A DNA stretch of 64,000 bases from Octopus bimaculoides (GCF_001194135.2 NC_068997.1:1362559-1426558), one strand, 5' to 3'. Shown: positions 1-14,439, counted from the first letter of the stretch. The notes: generated from the sequence alone by a model not told the origin. Made by a program: numbers and translations.

Positions 1-1309
1 CGTGTGTCCGTGTGTAAGTAAATTTAAGTACACAAGGGTTATGTTTTCGCATAAAAACGTTTTACTGAAGGTGTTAGTACTTTTTACTTACAGAATGATA
101 TTTTTCACAAAAGTTTTGCTGGAAAGAAAGAAAGAACGAGAATCATACTTCTCTCCGTGAAGAGCATGAGTTCAAATTGCATAGAAGAGAAGTTTTTACA
201 AAAAATATTTTATAAAACAATGTAAAAAAGTAAAACTCATTTTACTGACCGGTTTATGCTTTTCCGGTTTAACAAAGTGTTAAATTGAGTCTCATTGGAT
301 TTTCTTTTACCCATATCTACATACACACACGCAAAAGCTCGCACATTTAGGTATATATATATATGTATAAGTTTACTGACGGATATATTATTGTGATGAT
401 AGTTTACAAGATTTCGTAATTTCCCGAATCACCATTAGAACTCTTTAACTGATCCTTCTAGTAAAGGTACAATATGTATCGGTCAAATGCTGTGGTTGAT
501 TTATTCCATTACACTTGTAAAGGTGATTCGAAACATATCCGCTTGATACTGAATGAGACACCACCAGTAAAACACCATAGTTTCACGTGATCCGTCTACA
601 AATTCACTAGTCAGCGTGAGACTGTAGCATGTCATGGTTTTCTCAAATGCTCTTCTTGTTTCCAATGAAAAAAATACCACTTTTGGCGCTTTTCTAAGGG
701 CAGTGTTGAAGGCAGTCGAGCAACGCAGGCCATCTCTCTCTCTCTAGGCGAACAGTTCAGTGTGAACCCAGAACCATGTGGTTGGTGTCATACATAAATT
801 ATGGTAAGAAGCATGACTGTAAAAAAGATAAATCCACGTTTTGAATATATATATATATATATATTCTAAAATATACATGTAAAGGAAACAAAAAGAAGGC
901 TGCGGGTTCCGGTTGTAAATTAATAAAAAGTAATTTCTGAAGGATGACATCTTGTATATGTGTCAAAACAGTTTAAATAAAAGACGCGCTTGACATCCAC
1001 AATAAATCCTTTCCGTGTGTGAAAAGATAAACGTTTTACTATTATTGTTGTACGTGACAGTATTATGTTATATTACACCTTAGAAGGCAGTTTATAAAAA
1101 CATCTCCCTATGACATCATCGAGAATCTATGACGTAATAGATTTGAATATCATGGGATGAACGCATTCAACATACAAAGATGCGAGTAACTTTAACGAAA
1201 TACTATAACGTTCCCTATGAGGCTTTGTGGCTTTTGTCCCTGTGTTCTATGTTTGTAAACGCGAGCTGATGATGGTTGTATGTATGAATGTACGCAAGGT
1301 ACATGAGTA

Positions 1310-1481
1310 AATATGCATGCGCCCAAAACACGTACACATATACAAAAATACGCTGGGATCTGGATATACATATGTATATATATATATATATATATATGCC
1401 TATGCCCTTGTTCACATGACAGTGTATATGTGTATACACACATGCATATACATATATTCAAAGACATACACATACACACAC

Positions 1482-1530
<49 letters not shown>

Positions 1531-2235
1531 ATATATACACAGATATAAAATATGTATATATAAAAATATATATACGTATATATATGTGTGTGCGTATATG
1601 TGTGTTTATGTATATATACTTATATATGTATGTATATGTACATATAAAAATCGCAATATGATATTGACATACGCAACACACGCAAACACACATACTCACC
1701 GGCTCTCATACATGTATTACCTATTTTCCGATGTGCAGGGAATAATATTGGTTTTAATTGTAGTATTAATATTTCCTAACAAATTGAAAGCAATACTTTC
1801 TAACATCCGTCTTGAATGATTTTGTTTTCGTTGAAGTGGATTTAACTCTGGCAGAAAATCAATTCTATATACGCGTTTAGCAAAGTGAATATAGGTATGT
1901 GTATGAATCTGTATGTATAGATGTGCGCGTGTATGTGTGTATGTATATGTACGTGTGTATGTATGAGTGGTCTGTATGTATATATTCGCGTATGTGACTG
2001 TATGTCTATGAATACAAGCATAGGTATAGTTGTGTACGTGATCTGCTTGTATGTATGCGTGCGTCTGTATGTATTTGTATACCGTAAGTTCCATGTCTTA
2101 GTATTAGAATTGTATGCACAATTATTTTTTTGTTAACGTAGAAAGATGGTGAGTACACACACGCATACACAGACTCACACGCGCGTGCACACACACAGTT
2201 ATGTATATATGTATACATATATATATATATATAAT
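1310..2235. repeat. Mixed (TA)/(TG)/(TATG) low-complexity region
   Basis: Visible directly; explains the overlapping YI/HT/CV ORFs. Confidence 0.9.
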
Positions 2236-2370
2236 GTGAGAGAGTTTGGGGCTGAAGATTCAACCTACTAAGGGATAGTATCTATCCAATATACTGCTGG
2301 GACGGTACCCAATTATTGTTACACTAGTGTAATACCAAGTGCAATAAATGCGAGCGGGTTACCCTAAATT

Positions 2371-2406
<36 letters not shown>

Positions 2407-2663
2407 TCTGTGTGTATTATACACACACTCAAATATCCGTAAATGTCACCACCGTTAAATATTTCTTAAAATTCCATTCATTCTCCACGCAGAACCAGAT
2501 ACTAGATTTGCAATTGTCATTACCTGGATGAAAGACTTTGAGATCATCTTGTAATGCTAACCTGCTAACGTAAATTTCCTCCAAAACTACCGCAAGACAA
2601 TCAGGACAACCATATACACGTGTATATATATAATGTATATATATGTATGTATGTATTTGTTTA

Positions 2664-2809
2664 TTCATGCCTATGTATATATATATTATATATATAGGCA
2701 TGAATAAAATATGGACATTCATGTATATATCATATCTTCATGCCTATGTATATATATATTATATATATAGGCATGAATAAAATATGGACATTCATGTATA
2801 TATCATATC
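2664..2809. repeat. 73-bp tandem duplication; the unit contains an inverted repeat
   Basis: ttcatgcctatg...ataggcatgaataaaatatggacattcatgtatatatcatatc occurs twice (starts 2664 and 2737). Confidence 0.9.
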
Positions 2810-3104
2810 AATAGTATATAGATATATATACGCATATATTTATCCCTGGGTATACATATCTATGTCTTTGTATGTATATGAACACACACATACATACACA
2901 AACACACATACAAACACGCATGCGTATGTGATGTGAAGATGGCTGAAGTAATGAATGGCCGACACACGGTGTTTGTGCGGCACTTGTTTTGGCAAAGGAA
3001 TCAGAGTATTTTTCAAATATCTTAAACTTTACCTCCTATTGAGAATGTCGATATTTGTTCAGACCAACAATTCTAATACATACACCCCGCTGCACACACA
3101 CATA

Positions 3105-3142
<38 letters not shown>

Positions 3143-4257
3143 NNNNNNNNNNTATTTCGGGATATCAGGAATATGGCAACACAGATTCATAAACGTATAT
3201 ATATATATATATATATATGCCTATATAACCTCATATTTACCTAACTACCTATCCACATATAAAGATACCTACCTCCTATATAGAGACATGCAAATTCCTA
3301 CATGAATTATATATCAACTATCAATCACTCGACTTTTGAAACAGATGTAAATGTTAATTATGGACAACCGTCTTTCTTTCCTAACTATATTCATATTCTT
3401 GCAACATATCTATGATTTGATCGAACATATAATTACTTGTCCATCATTTTACCGCATTTTATCGCATCACTCCTCATATCGCTTTTCACCTATCTTGCCC
3501 TCAGTACATGACGAATTTTTCTGGCTAATATATGTAAATTTATATCGTGGACTTCTCAGTATATCACGGGTTTCTGCAGCCGATAGGTATTTATATTTTT
3601 TTAGATTTCAATTATTTCTGTGGTAAAATAAGCATTTTCACGCTTAAAAATTAATAAATCAATAAATGAAAATACAGTTATTTTGTCCAAAGATGGAAAA
3701 CAGATAAGGAAAAGAAAGCGCATGCAAGAAAATCACACGAATATACAGTTTTTATGTGTATATAACAGGTCAGACACCAGTTTTTCTCTGTTGGTTGTTT
3801 ATCACAACAACAGGTCGTTGAAATGTGAGATATACTATATCTTTATTCATAATGTTTTCATTCGTAAGTTATAACGAATTTTATTGTTTATTAATTGAAA
3901 GCTATAATGATAATTTCGTTACTTATAACTTAATTATAAGTATTTATCACTAAGCATAACTCTTAGTTTAGTCTAGTTTCGGCTGCGTTGTGATGTAGAC
4001 ATGATAAGACGCTGATATGAGCGTTTATCGTGTGCACGTATGTTGAAGATATAGATTATATTTTTTTGACCGTTACACATAAAAAAAAATATACTCACCT
4101 GTTCATACATACACATATACGCACGCGCACACATACACACATATAGGGAAAAAGAAATTGAGAGAGAGACTTATTTCTTTGCGGTTCATACTTCAAAACC
4201 AAATTTCATTCACAACTATTACACTTACCTATGGTAGGAAAGAAAAAAAAAACCAAC

Positions 4258-4320
4258 TCGTGGTGCACCAGCATGACCGCAGCCACTTGGCTGAAACACA
4301 TAAAATAAATAAAAAAAAAA
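4258..4320 (+). mobile_element. 3' tail fragment of SINE family B
   Basis: ggtgcaccagcatgaccgcagccacttggctgaaaca matches the family B 3' end seen at 23797-23835. Confidence 0.6.
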
Positions 4321-6457
4321 AAATAAAAGCAATGCTTTTCCTAAGGTTAATGTAACATTTACTCCTTTTGTTTCAGTCGCGCGCTAAAAGCGTTTTTATT
4401 TGCAAAATGTTATATAGAAAATTTGTGAACGCGCATGCGCTCTCAGATATGACAGTACGTATGTAACTGCATGTTTCATATGTATAAATTGTCTATCTTT
4501 CGAAAACTTGTATGAAGTTTGTATGTAATGCTTGTGTGTCTGTTTTCGTATGTATATATATCTCTCTCTCCTTCCAACACACGATGTTTTCTTTCATGCG
4601 ACACACGCACGCACACTTCTTTCTCTTACTCTCTGACTCATATATATATATATATATGTAAAGACAATGAGTGAGAGAGATAAATGCAAGCATTTCTTTA
4701 CGACTCAATCTTACAAAAAATTTAACAACGAAACTCAAAATTACGCAACAGAAGCAAAAGAAATTTGTTCTCTGAGAAGTAGATTTACTTCTTTGAAATA
4801 GTTATTATCTTTTTTAACCCTATAATGCTATACACTAAATTTGAACAGGAGCGTTCCCCATTAGATGTTTTGTGCATTTGTGTGCGTATGTGTGCTTGAT
4901 ATATATATATATGTGTCGCTTACGTCCATGTATGTCTGATTTCGTTGTATATTCGTGTGATTTTCTTGCATGCGCTTTCTTTTCCTTATCTGTTTTCCAT
5001 CTTTGGATAGAAATTACTTTAATAATGAGAATGTTGTGCTTTCAGAGATTTGTTGATAGCTTCATCCAACTTTTTAGCGCATTTGCAATCGCCATTAACG
5101 TTTTTGTCGCTTCCGCAGTTACCAGGAGTCTTTTGGTTGCTGTAGCCCCACTTGTAGTTGTTATAGGTTAATAGCATTTACGGGTTTTAACCTTGCTGAG
5201 ATATTTTTGTTTTCAGGTCGACCACTCCAATGGAGGAGTATTCAATACTGCACTGCTATCTGTCTATTTTTTAATGGTTTTCGATCATCGGTCAAATTAG
5301 GCAATATCTTAACCAGGGGAGGGAATTACTCTCCATGTCAATAAGACTAACTTGTTAACATATTTCTACCACTTCGACGAAGATACTTTCAAGGAAAGCT
5401 TATCATTTGGGACCGAACTCTAGAAAGTTGTGGGATTTTGAATAAGAAACTTAACCAAAGTATTATTGAGTAGGATCGAATGCAAAATCACGTGGTTGCG
5501 AAGCGAACTTCTACGACCCATTTATTAGGCTTGTTTCTACTTACTAGTACTCAAATAAATCAATTATTTAATCTGTACAATATTCCAGTGCAATCTTCAA
5601 ACCGAAGACTCTGAATAAATAATCTATGTGGAGTGAAATCAGATCAATATTTTCCAAGGTAACTATTTATAGAATCTACAAAGATGATATCATCGACTCA
5701 AAAGTTCAAAGATTTTCGTCATGTATATTCATTATTTCTCTCAAATTCTTCTGTTCCATGACAATCTAGATAATTTGACATCTCTGATATTAAGCTCCTT
5801 TTGATATTCCTGTTTTGTTTCTTTTAGAAAAGCTCTCTACATATAATGAGCGTCAAACACGAGACTTGAAATAAACAAACAAAAACATAGGTTGCACACT
5901 ATTCACTCACTGATTTCCGTTAGCATCACTTTTACAAAACGTCTTTAGATATTAATTTTATGAATCATCAACACACAGAAGAACCATATCTTATATAATA
6001 GCTTTTTATCACTGGAAATATTTCTCTGTGATAATATTTCAATATACTTCGTTCAAATATATTTGTCGCATATCACTGAAACGCAATTTTCTAAGTATTT
6101 ATTTTCGCAAAAAGCTTTTCTTGACGTTTCTGCATATATACTTAGTTGTTAGTTACGTCATTCACTGAATTGAAGCTATATTGCTGCCGTCACAATTAAA
6201 TCTCCATTAATGTATAGATCTTGACCTCAGCTTATGGCTGTCATATTCTCTTGTCAACGTAATAAATAGTAAAAAATCTCTATGATTTCTTCTGATCATT
6301 TGGCATTTCAATGAAATATAGTAAAGATCTAAAAATGACCTTCCATTGTGGATCTTTAAACTAAGATGAAAGTTTCTTTTTATATAAATCCCCATTTAAA
6401 ACACAGAAATAGAGTTTCACCACAGGGTGGGTTAAAGAAATGATAGTATATCAATCC

Positions 6458-6488
<31 letters not shown>

Positions 6489-6724
6489 ATTTGTGTATGT
6501 ATGTCTCTATTTGTAGCAATACAGTACAATATAATGTACTTGATATTCACAGCTAATATAACTTTTCTGCGCTATAGTAACTATGTAAATAACAGAGGAT
6601 GATGAATTGAGACGCACATTGTCGACCTCCAGAAAAGTACAATCCTATTTTGTTCAAGAATCCCAAGAAAGTCTCTTGAGATCTGAGGTCACTTCTCACC
6701 AAACCACAACATAGCATTCCTGCC

Positions 6725-6901
6725 AATTAAATTTAGCATGTACTAGCTTGATAATAATAACGATAATAATAATTTCAGATTTTGGTACCAAAACACACAG
6801 AATGCACAGAATGCTAAATTAAATTTAGCATGAACTAGCTTGATAATAATAACGATAATAATAATTTCAGATTTTGGTACCAAAACACCACAGAATGCAC
6901 A
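6725..6901. repeat. 92-bp tandem duplication
   Basis: aattaaatttagcatg...ggtaccaaaacac(c)acagaatgcaca occurs twice (starts 6725 and 6817). Confidence 0.9.
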
Positions 6902-7385
6902 ATAAAAATGTACTCCTCAGCTGCATAATGGAATTTCAGTTTAGAAAGACATTTTGAAGATGTTTGCAAAAAACAAGAGTAAGAGAAGAAAACATACCAT
7001 CTCGACTATGCTGCTGTTCAACAGATTAGTGAATCAAACAAGAATATAAAATCTAATTGGAGGGTTAGTAGTAATTTCAAATATAGAGTAAGGTAGATTT
7101 AGTAGTGATGGATAGCAGGTTAGGGGTAAATCAAGCATGAGGAAAAAAAAAAGGAAATGGAATGACAATACCCTAAGGAGTGGTAAGAATTTGGAAAAAA
7201 TTTAAGGTAAGGGAATGAAGGTCAAGGTATTAAAGAAATATATCTATTCTACAGTATAATTAGAATAATTGCATTATTTTCATTGTGCATTCTGTGGTGT
7301 TCTCACTACATGAATAAATGGAGCTTGTACGATACATACGTACTGCTATAACCTATTGAATTTTTGTTGCTTATCTTCAAATTAG

Positions 7386-7453
<68 letters not shown>

Positions 7454-7589
7454 NNNNNNNNNNNNNNNNNNNTATATATGTATGTATATATATATATATA
7501 TATATATGCATATATGCAAATATGCATATATGGGTACAGGACGTCACACATCGCAAACAACATGAATTACGAAATATATATATATACAT

Positions 7590-7631
<42 letters not shown>

Positions 7632-8029
7632 GCGCACACTCACACACATATATATAATACATATATACATATATCATGTGGTTATATACAATGCAGGTAT
7701 GTGCCTGTCAGTGTGTATAGTGTATTTTTATGTGCAATCATGTAAAAAACAGTGAAGCATTAAACGAGGTATAATTCAATGCATTTAAGTTGTATCAAAT
7801 AATACATTCTTACAAGGTAAACTTTGAAGTATCCCCTTGGATGTCATTTACACACACACACTCTCACACACACACACACATACACACATGCACACACACA
7901 CACATACACACATGCACACACACACACACACATATATGTACACTCCAACACTTGCGTGTGTGTTTAAGTACGTGCGTGTGCATGCGTGTGTGACTGTGGA
8001 CTGTGCATGCGTGCGGTTAATAATAATGG

Positions 8030-8185
8030 TTTCTGATTTAGGTACAAGGCAGGCAATTTTAAGGACGGGGTGGAGTGCTTAGTCAATTCCATCGATCTAC
8101 TACTTTAATGGTGTTCTATTTTATCGATTTCATAGGGATGAACGATAAAGTTGACTTCGATGGGACTTCATCTGGGAACATATAA
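8030..8185 (-). mobile_element. Decayed SINE family C copy
   Basis: ttctgatttaggtacaaggc...ttttatcgatttcatagggatgaacgataaagttgacttcg. Confidence 0.6.
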
Positions 8186-8546
8186 CCGATAACATTTACA
8201 AAACCCAATGCCGCATGAGGTGTAAGATACAGTTTGAGTATTTGAAAGCATACAATGTTCTAGTGGTTGAGATACATACACAAATATATATTTTCAGATA
8301 CATATATACATACATGATGTACATTTGCATAAAAATGTACGTGTATTTATGTATACATACACTCACGATTTTGTATATGTATAGCTATGTTTAAAACCAG
8401 TCAAACATTAATTCAAAGAACATTCAGTACATATAGTTAGAGTGCGAAATATATATTACCAAGTAAATAACCAAAGGTAACTTCGAAGATTCGTCAATCT
8501 TTGCTTTGCTCAGACTGTTTGACGTCCTATTGATTGCTTAGACCTA

Positions 8547-8589
<43 letters not shown>

Positions 8590-9399
8590 NNNNNNNNNNN
8601 NNNNNNNNNNNNNNNNNNNNNNNNNNNNNNNNNNNNNNNNNNNNNNNNNNNNNNNNNNNNNNNNNNNNNNNNNNNNNNNNNNNNNNNNNNNNNNNNNNNN
8701 NNNNNNNNNNNNNNNNNNNNNNNNNNNNNNNNNNNNNNNNNNNNNNNNNNNNNNNNNNNNNNNNNNNNNNNNNNNNNNNNNNNNNNNNNNNNNNNNNNNN
8801 NNNNNNNNNNNNNNNNNNNNNNNNNNNNNNNNNNNNNNNNNNNNNNNNNNNNNNNNNNNNNNNNNNNNNNNNNNNNNNNNNNNNNNNNNNNTATATATAA
8901 GTGTATATATATGCATGTGTTTGTGTAGATATTCTACTACATACTACAAAGTGTGTGCTGTACAAAAGGTAGATCTTATGATAGGTAAGATGTAAAATTA
9001 TAAACAATTTATTGGTCGTTACGCTTCCTGTTTTACTTAATAAATGATCAATCGATCCATTGCCGAGAAATATTCCAAGAATTTTAGCAACGCTGTCATT
9101 TTACTTTGTTAGATTCTCTAGAGAGTTATTCTATTTTTTTCGACAGTTATGAAAATTCCCATAATTATCATAGCATGTTAGATGTTTGCCATCAAGCTTT
9201 TATATATAAAGTATTCCTGTATTGAGCAGTCTTTGTATTATGTATCATCCTGTCACTTTTATATCAAAAACATTTCATCCAGTATTTTTAGTTGATCACA
9301 TTTTGTATGTATGAAATATACAAAAGTGTTCGATGCTTATTAAATATACATGAAAGATTGACGTCTCATAACTTGTTTATTCGCACACACACACACACA

Positions 9400-9442
<43 letters not shown>

Positions 9443-9573
9443 GCCTGTATGTATATACACGCACCCATAAATCTATCTCTATTCATATGCTATATATCGA
9501 GCAGCATACTTTCTACAACTAATACATTCAGTTATATACAACCGAAGCATAGCATATGTGTGTGTGCACGTAT

Positions 9574-9604
<31 letters not shown>

Positions 9605-9884
9605 GAAAGAGAGATATAGACAGATTGATAGACAGATAAATAGATAAACGGTCACTAAAAATATGTAAACATATTGATTGACGAGGGAAATCTCGTATGC
9701 CTTCTTTAAAAAGTGGTCGTCAGGCCGTGAAACTTTCCCTCAGATATCTCCTTATCTCTTTTCTTCGCATATCAATAATAAAGAAAAAAGAAATATGCTT
9801 ATATTCTTGTTTAATCTCCCAGTTTGATTTTATATGATATAATTGTTTTTTCAGTTTTTCTCATATATACTTTGATGTGCATAT

Positions 9885-9903
9885 CTATCTATCTATTTAC
9901 CTA

Positions 9904-9938
<35 letters not shown>

Positions 9939-10023
9939 GCCTGTCTGTCTGTCTGTCTGGCTGTTTGTTAGTCTATCTATTTCTCTGTCAGTCTGTCTTT
10001 TTATCTATCTGTCTGTTTGTTAT

Positions 10024-10074
<51 letters not shown>

Positions 10075-10140
10075 GTCTGTCTGTCTGTCTATCTCTCTAT
10101 CTGTCTGTCTGTCTGTCTATCTGCCTGTCTTTCGATCGAT
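9885..10140. repeat. Compound (TCTA)n/(TCTG)n microsatellite
   Basis: Visible directly. Confidence 0.95.
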
Positions 10141-10866
10141 CGATCGATCTATTTTTCGTCCTTTCGTGAAAATTTACTGATGCTGTTACACGATTTAAAA
10201 TTAGCGAAATGTTAAAATAGAACGATGAAGTTTCCGGATGTGAAGTAATTCCGTAATGTAATATCGCTATGATATACCATGTTAACAATATTCATTCATC
10301 ATTGCTGACAATTCAATCCTTTAATTGAGCAGAGTACGCTCCGTTAATAGCTTAGAATTATAGCTTCACTCAGACTTTCTACTATTTTTAGAGTTATCCT
10401 TGTTGTACGTATGTGTTATCCTACTGAAGGAATTCAATAGAATGCACCTAGAAAATTCCTATCCTTTTCGAAGTAGTACAAAGTTCAGTCTTGGAATTTG
10501 CTAAGTGACGATGATACATTAAGAGATTATTACGTGATTCTTGTCTGTTCTAGATTTCCGTGCGTGGGTTTCTTCAAGCTGACCAAACAATTACGTTATA
10601 ATACTGAAAGAACTGATATAATAAGATCTAGCCAAGTCCGGTAGTTAATATACCCGCTTCAAATAGAGTCTGAACATTTCAAGTCCTAATGTTAAGCAAT
10701 AGGATCACCCACGACAAATTTATACTTTAGTAAAGATATAGTTTTTTCATATCATACAACAGCTTCCATACAAGGTACGGACGATTTAGTTGTTTAGTAA
10801 TTCCTATCAGATCTACTGGGACCTATTATAGAGCTGTATTCTCTCAGCCATTTTTGAATGAATATA

Positions 10867-11008
10867 TAGGCACAAAAGTGGCTCTGTGGTAAGTGATTTG
10901 CTTACCAACCACATGGTCCCGGGTTCAGTCCCACTGTGTCTTTTACTATAGCCTCGGGCTAACCAAAGTCTTGTGAGTGGATTTGGTAGACAGAAACCGT
11001 CGTGTATA

Positions 11009-11081
<73 letters not shown>

Positions 11082-11222
11082 GTATATGTTTGTATGTCGG
11101 TTTGTTCCCCCACCATCGCTTGACAACTGATGTTGGTGTGTTTACGTCACCGTAACTTAGTGGTTCGGCAAAAGAGACCGATATAATAAGTACTAGGCTT
11201 ACAAAGAATAAGTCCTGGGGTC
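10867..11222 (+). mobile_element. SINE family B copy with an internal deletion of the CORE segment and an expanded internal (TA)n
   Basis: Colinear with the 49178-49574 copy. Reads ccactgtgtctt where the full copy has ccactgcgtgacaccttgggcaagtgtctt. Confidence 0.85.
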
Positions 11223-11223
11223 T

Positions 11224-11265
<42 letters not shown>

Positions 11266-11334
11266 GACTTCTGACAACATGTGGTTGTTCGCTCTTATAG
11301 AATCTACCAGAGCAAGTAAAACCGAGAGCTCTGA

Positions 11335-11597
11335 GAAGAAGAAGAAGAAGAAGAAGAAGAAGAAGAAGAAGAAAAACGAGAAGAAGAAGAAAAACAAGAA
11401 GAATAAGAAGAAAAACGAGAAGAAGAAGAAGAAGAAGAACAACAACAACAACAAGAGCAAGAAGAAAAACAAGAAGAAGAAGAAGAATAACAAGAAGAAG
11501 AAGAAGAAGAAGAAAAACAAGAAGAAGAAGAAGAAGAAGAAGAAGAAGAAGACAAACAAGAAGAAGAAGAAGAAGAACACGAAGAACAACAAGAAGG
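11335..11597. repeat. Degenerate (GAA)n/(CAA)n microsatellite
   Basis: Visible directly; source of the poly-K, poly-F and poly-S ORFs. Confidence 0.95.
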
Positions 11598-13574
11598 TTA
11601 TTATTTCAGCAGGAAACGTCACCTTGTAATTTCGCTCAGTGGTCATAAATACCGATTCAGTTGTGGTGGTCGTCAGTGCTGCTAAGCTTTTCGCTCTACC
11701 ACAGCTTGTAATTTACACAATTATACAAAGCAACAAAATGATTGGATATTGTTTAATATTTTAAGCCTATTTGTAACATTACTGATTAAGGAGATTCCTA
11801 CCTATATGAAGGTAGCACTAGGTAAACAGTTGGTCGTTATTCTTACTGTGTTGTGCAAGCGATGCGGATGTAAGGTAGAAAAGGTAAATGTTACTAAACG
11901 CACTGCAGCATATATAACTACATTACTCCGCCCCACAATACTGAACAATATGTTATATCATTTCATTTTGCAGTGATTGGGAAAGAATAAAACCTTAAGA
12001 CGGCAAAACGGACGATTATAAGTCTCTCTGTTTGACAGCTATATCAATTCTAGATCCCGTTGTCTTTTACATCCAACAAGAGCGTCTCTGTGCAGCTTTA
12101 ATACTCAGAATAAAAGCTTGCTTGATCGCAAGTGTGCATAATATACATATGATTTAATCAAGTGACATTTATTAGGAATGTTCCAATCTGCAGGGACGTG
12201 ACAGTGTTCGCTACTCTCACGGATGATAGTATTATATGATTATATCAAAACTGACACACAAGACAATGTTCCTTCGGATATTTTGCGTTTTGTGTTTCAG
12301 ATAATAAAGTCCTTAAGATTCTATTGATCCTTTAAGGAACTGAATCTAGAGCTTTATTGATTCTATACTTATATATATTCGGCATTTTGAATATCAAATC
12401 ATTCGAAAATATATATGATGTGCATGAATTAATGCAATATTTGTACATTATTGAATAAAGTAACGTAATTTCAGACAGAAATATACGAATGATTTTAAAG
12501 CTTAACATGAAAAATACATTGAAAACACTCACATAATGCGCCGATAAATATAGATATAAACAAAACTACATAGATAAACATGACAAAGCACAAACTAGAC
12601 ATAGCTGGAATGTACACAATGAGACAATTATGTAGTTAGGAGAAAATATGGATGTGCATATATAGCAACAAAATAAAGAAAATTGAAGAAAACATTACTA
12701 AATTATACCTATCACTTGAAATGTAGATATTTTTCGCCACAAGTGGTTAAGTGGTATCATAATTTAAAGTAGTTAAGTATCATCTGTCCAAAGATTATGA
12801 AGAGCTTGTTTGAATAAACATGTTGTTAACAATGTTCGCTGATATATTAAGTATACATATATCCTTATGGTTTTAAAGTCAAATGCATAACTTAATGTTG
12901 GAGAAATAGCGTTATACACGTGTCCTTATATTTTGGTTCCATATGAGTGACACGTATGGGAGGGGTAGAACGGATAATATGACCGTGAGAAAGAAAAGAA
13001 AATAACATATTTGGTAGAGAAACTGGCAGAAAATAGAAACAACGCAAAAACAAGATTTGTAATTTACAACGGTTGAAATGTGAGTTGACAAATGGGCGAT
13101 TCTGTTCTGTGACGCTACTCAACTGTGTTGTTAAAAAGAGCGAGGTTTGATACCGTCCTACCAATGCGAGATAGAAAAAAGGTTTAGAAATAGTGGGTTT
13201 TGAGTTTCACTTTATCTATCTATATGGCTAACAATATATTGCTCTGTGATTGCTAAATATAACTGATGAAAAACGCTGAACGTCATCTATTGCATGGAGG
13301 TCTCTTACGGATATCTATAAGCCTTAGAATAATCCACACGGTATCAAAAACGGAATGAAGATATAACCATACGAAAAGAAACGTTATATATAGTGAGTCG
13401 GTCAAGAGAGCAACAAAAACACACCGAGTGCGCATAGGCAATATGTGTATTTGCAACATGTGCCTTTCGTTCAAATGAGTCTCCATAAAGTGAGGTCGAT
13501 GCGTACTTTCACACTTGATACAAGTGACTCTGTAGAAGTTTAATGTGTAATAATATTAAGATTTTTTACAAGTA

Positions 13575-13791
13575 CAGTAATCCCTTGACTATTGCGGGTG
13601 TTACGTTTCAAAACCCCTCGTGATGAAAAATCTGCGAAGTAGAAACAGTACTCTACTGTATATGTTTTATTACGTCTATAATTTGTATATATTTTATTTT
13701 ATTATAAATGCAAAACACCACCACGGAGGAATCGACGTAAGCTTGAACAATAAACAGTGATAGGTGAACCGCGATATCATGAAGAATTACG
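13575..13791. mobile_element. pogo/Tigger-like MITE
   Basis: Starts TA|cagtaatcccttgactattgcgg and ends in a degenerate inverted copy (ccgcgatatcatgaagaattacg|TA). About 215 bp, no coding capacity. Confidence 0.6.
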
Positions 13792-14134
13792 TATACGATT
13801 TACGTCCTGAACCAGCACATACTTGTAGATTAAAAACAAAAGGATCTATTTACCTTTCTATCAACCAAACTATCAGATGTCGTAATACACCGCTGGTCAT
13901 AAGACGCTGCATTCTTCTCTTGAATGTATTCTTCTCTCCCATTTGAGCTTGAATTGTTTACCTATGTCATCTTGCTATCGTCTTGGAGCTCTTTCTCGTA
14001 GTCTCCTCCGATTTGTTAGATATTGTTCAGAAGGCGTCTAATTTATTAATTAGGGTATTCAGTCCTTGAACAATACACTTTATTTCACGTTCTTCCAGTT
14101 CATTTAGCTGACAACAATGAGATGCACCTGTAAC

Positions 14135-14310
14135 TCAAAAAGCCAAACTTATCACATTCTGTGTCACGCTGATTCTCTCCGAGCACTTCGTGAAGGACTC
14201 GTGACTGTTGAGTGCTCAGCCACTTGCACGTTAATTCCACGTACAAACTGTTCGTTGAACAGATCAGCTGGCACCCTCGACGTCATTACTGACGGAGTAA
14301 CGATTGTTAT
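14135..14310 (+). mobile_element. Diverged 3' fragment of SINE family A
   Basis: tctgtgtcacgctga...gagtgctcagccacttgcacgttaatt...ctcgacgtc is shared with 21580-21710. Confidence 0.8.
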
Positions 14311-14439
14311 TACTCAACAACTGCGTAGATTCACTTATCTATGAAACTTGCAACAATTCCGACCAAGCAGAAATTGTGCTTTCGGATTACAGTGATCACA
14401 TCGTTTACTGCACATCGTCCTCAGATGATCTCATTTTCG

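Noticed and set aside
2932-2975. gtgaagatggc...ggccgacac resembling a PLE/hammerhead end
   Set aside because: Both conserved core segments are mutated and no helix I or III can be drawn.
10813-11646. 277-aa minus ORF and overlapping poly-K/poly-S ORFs
   Set aside because: Translation of (GAA)n, (TAA)n, (TA)n and a SINE; no real protein.
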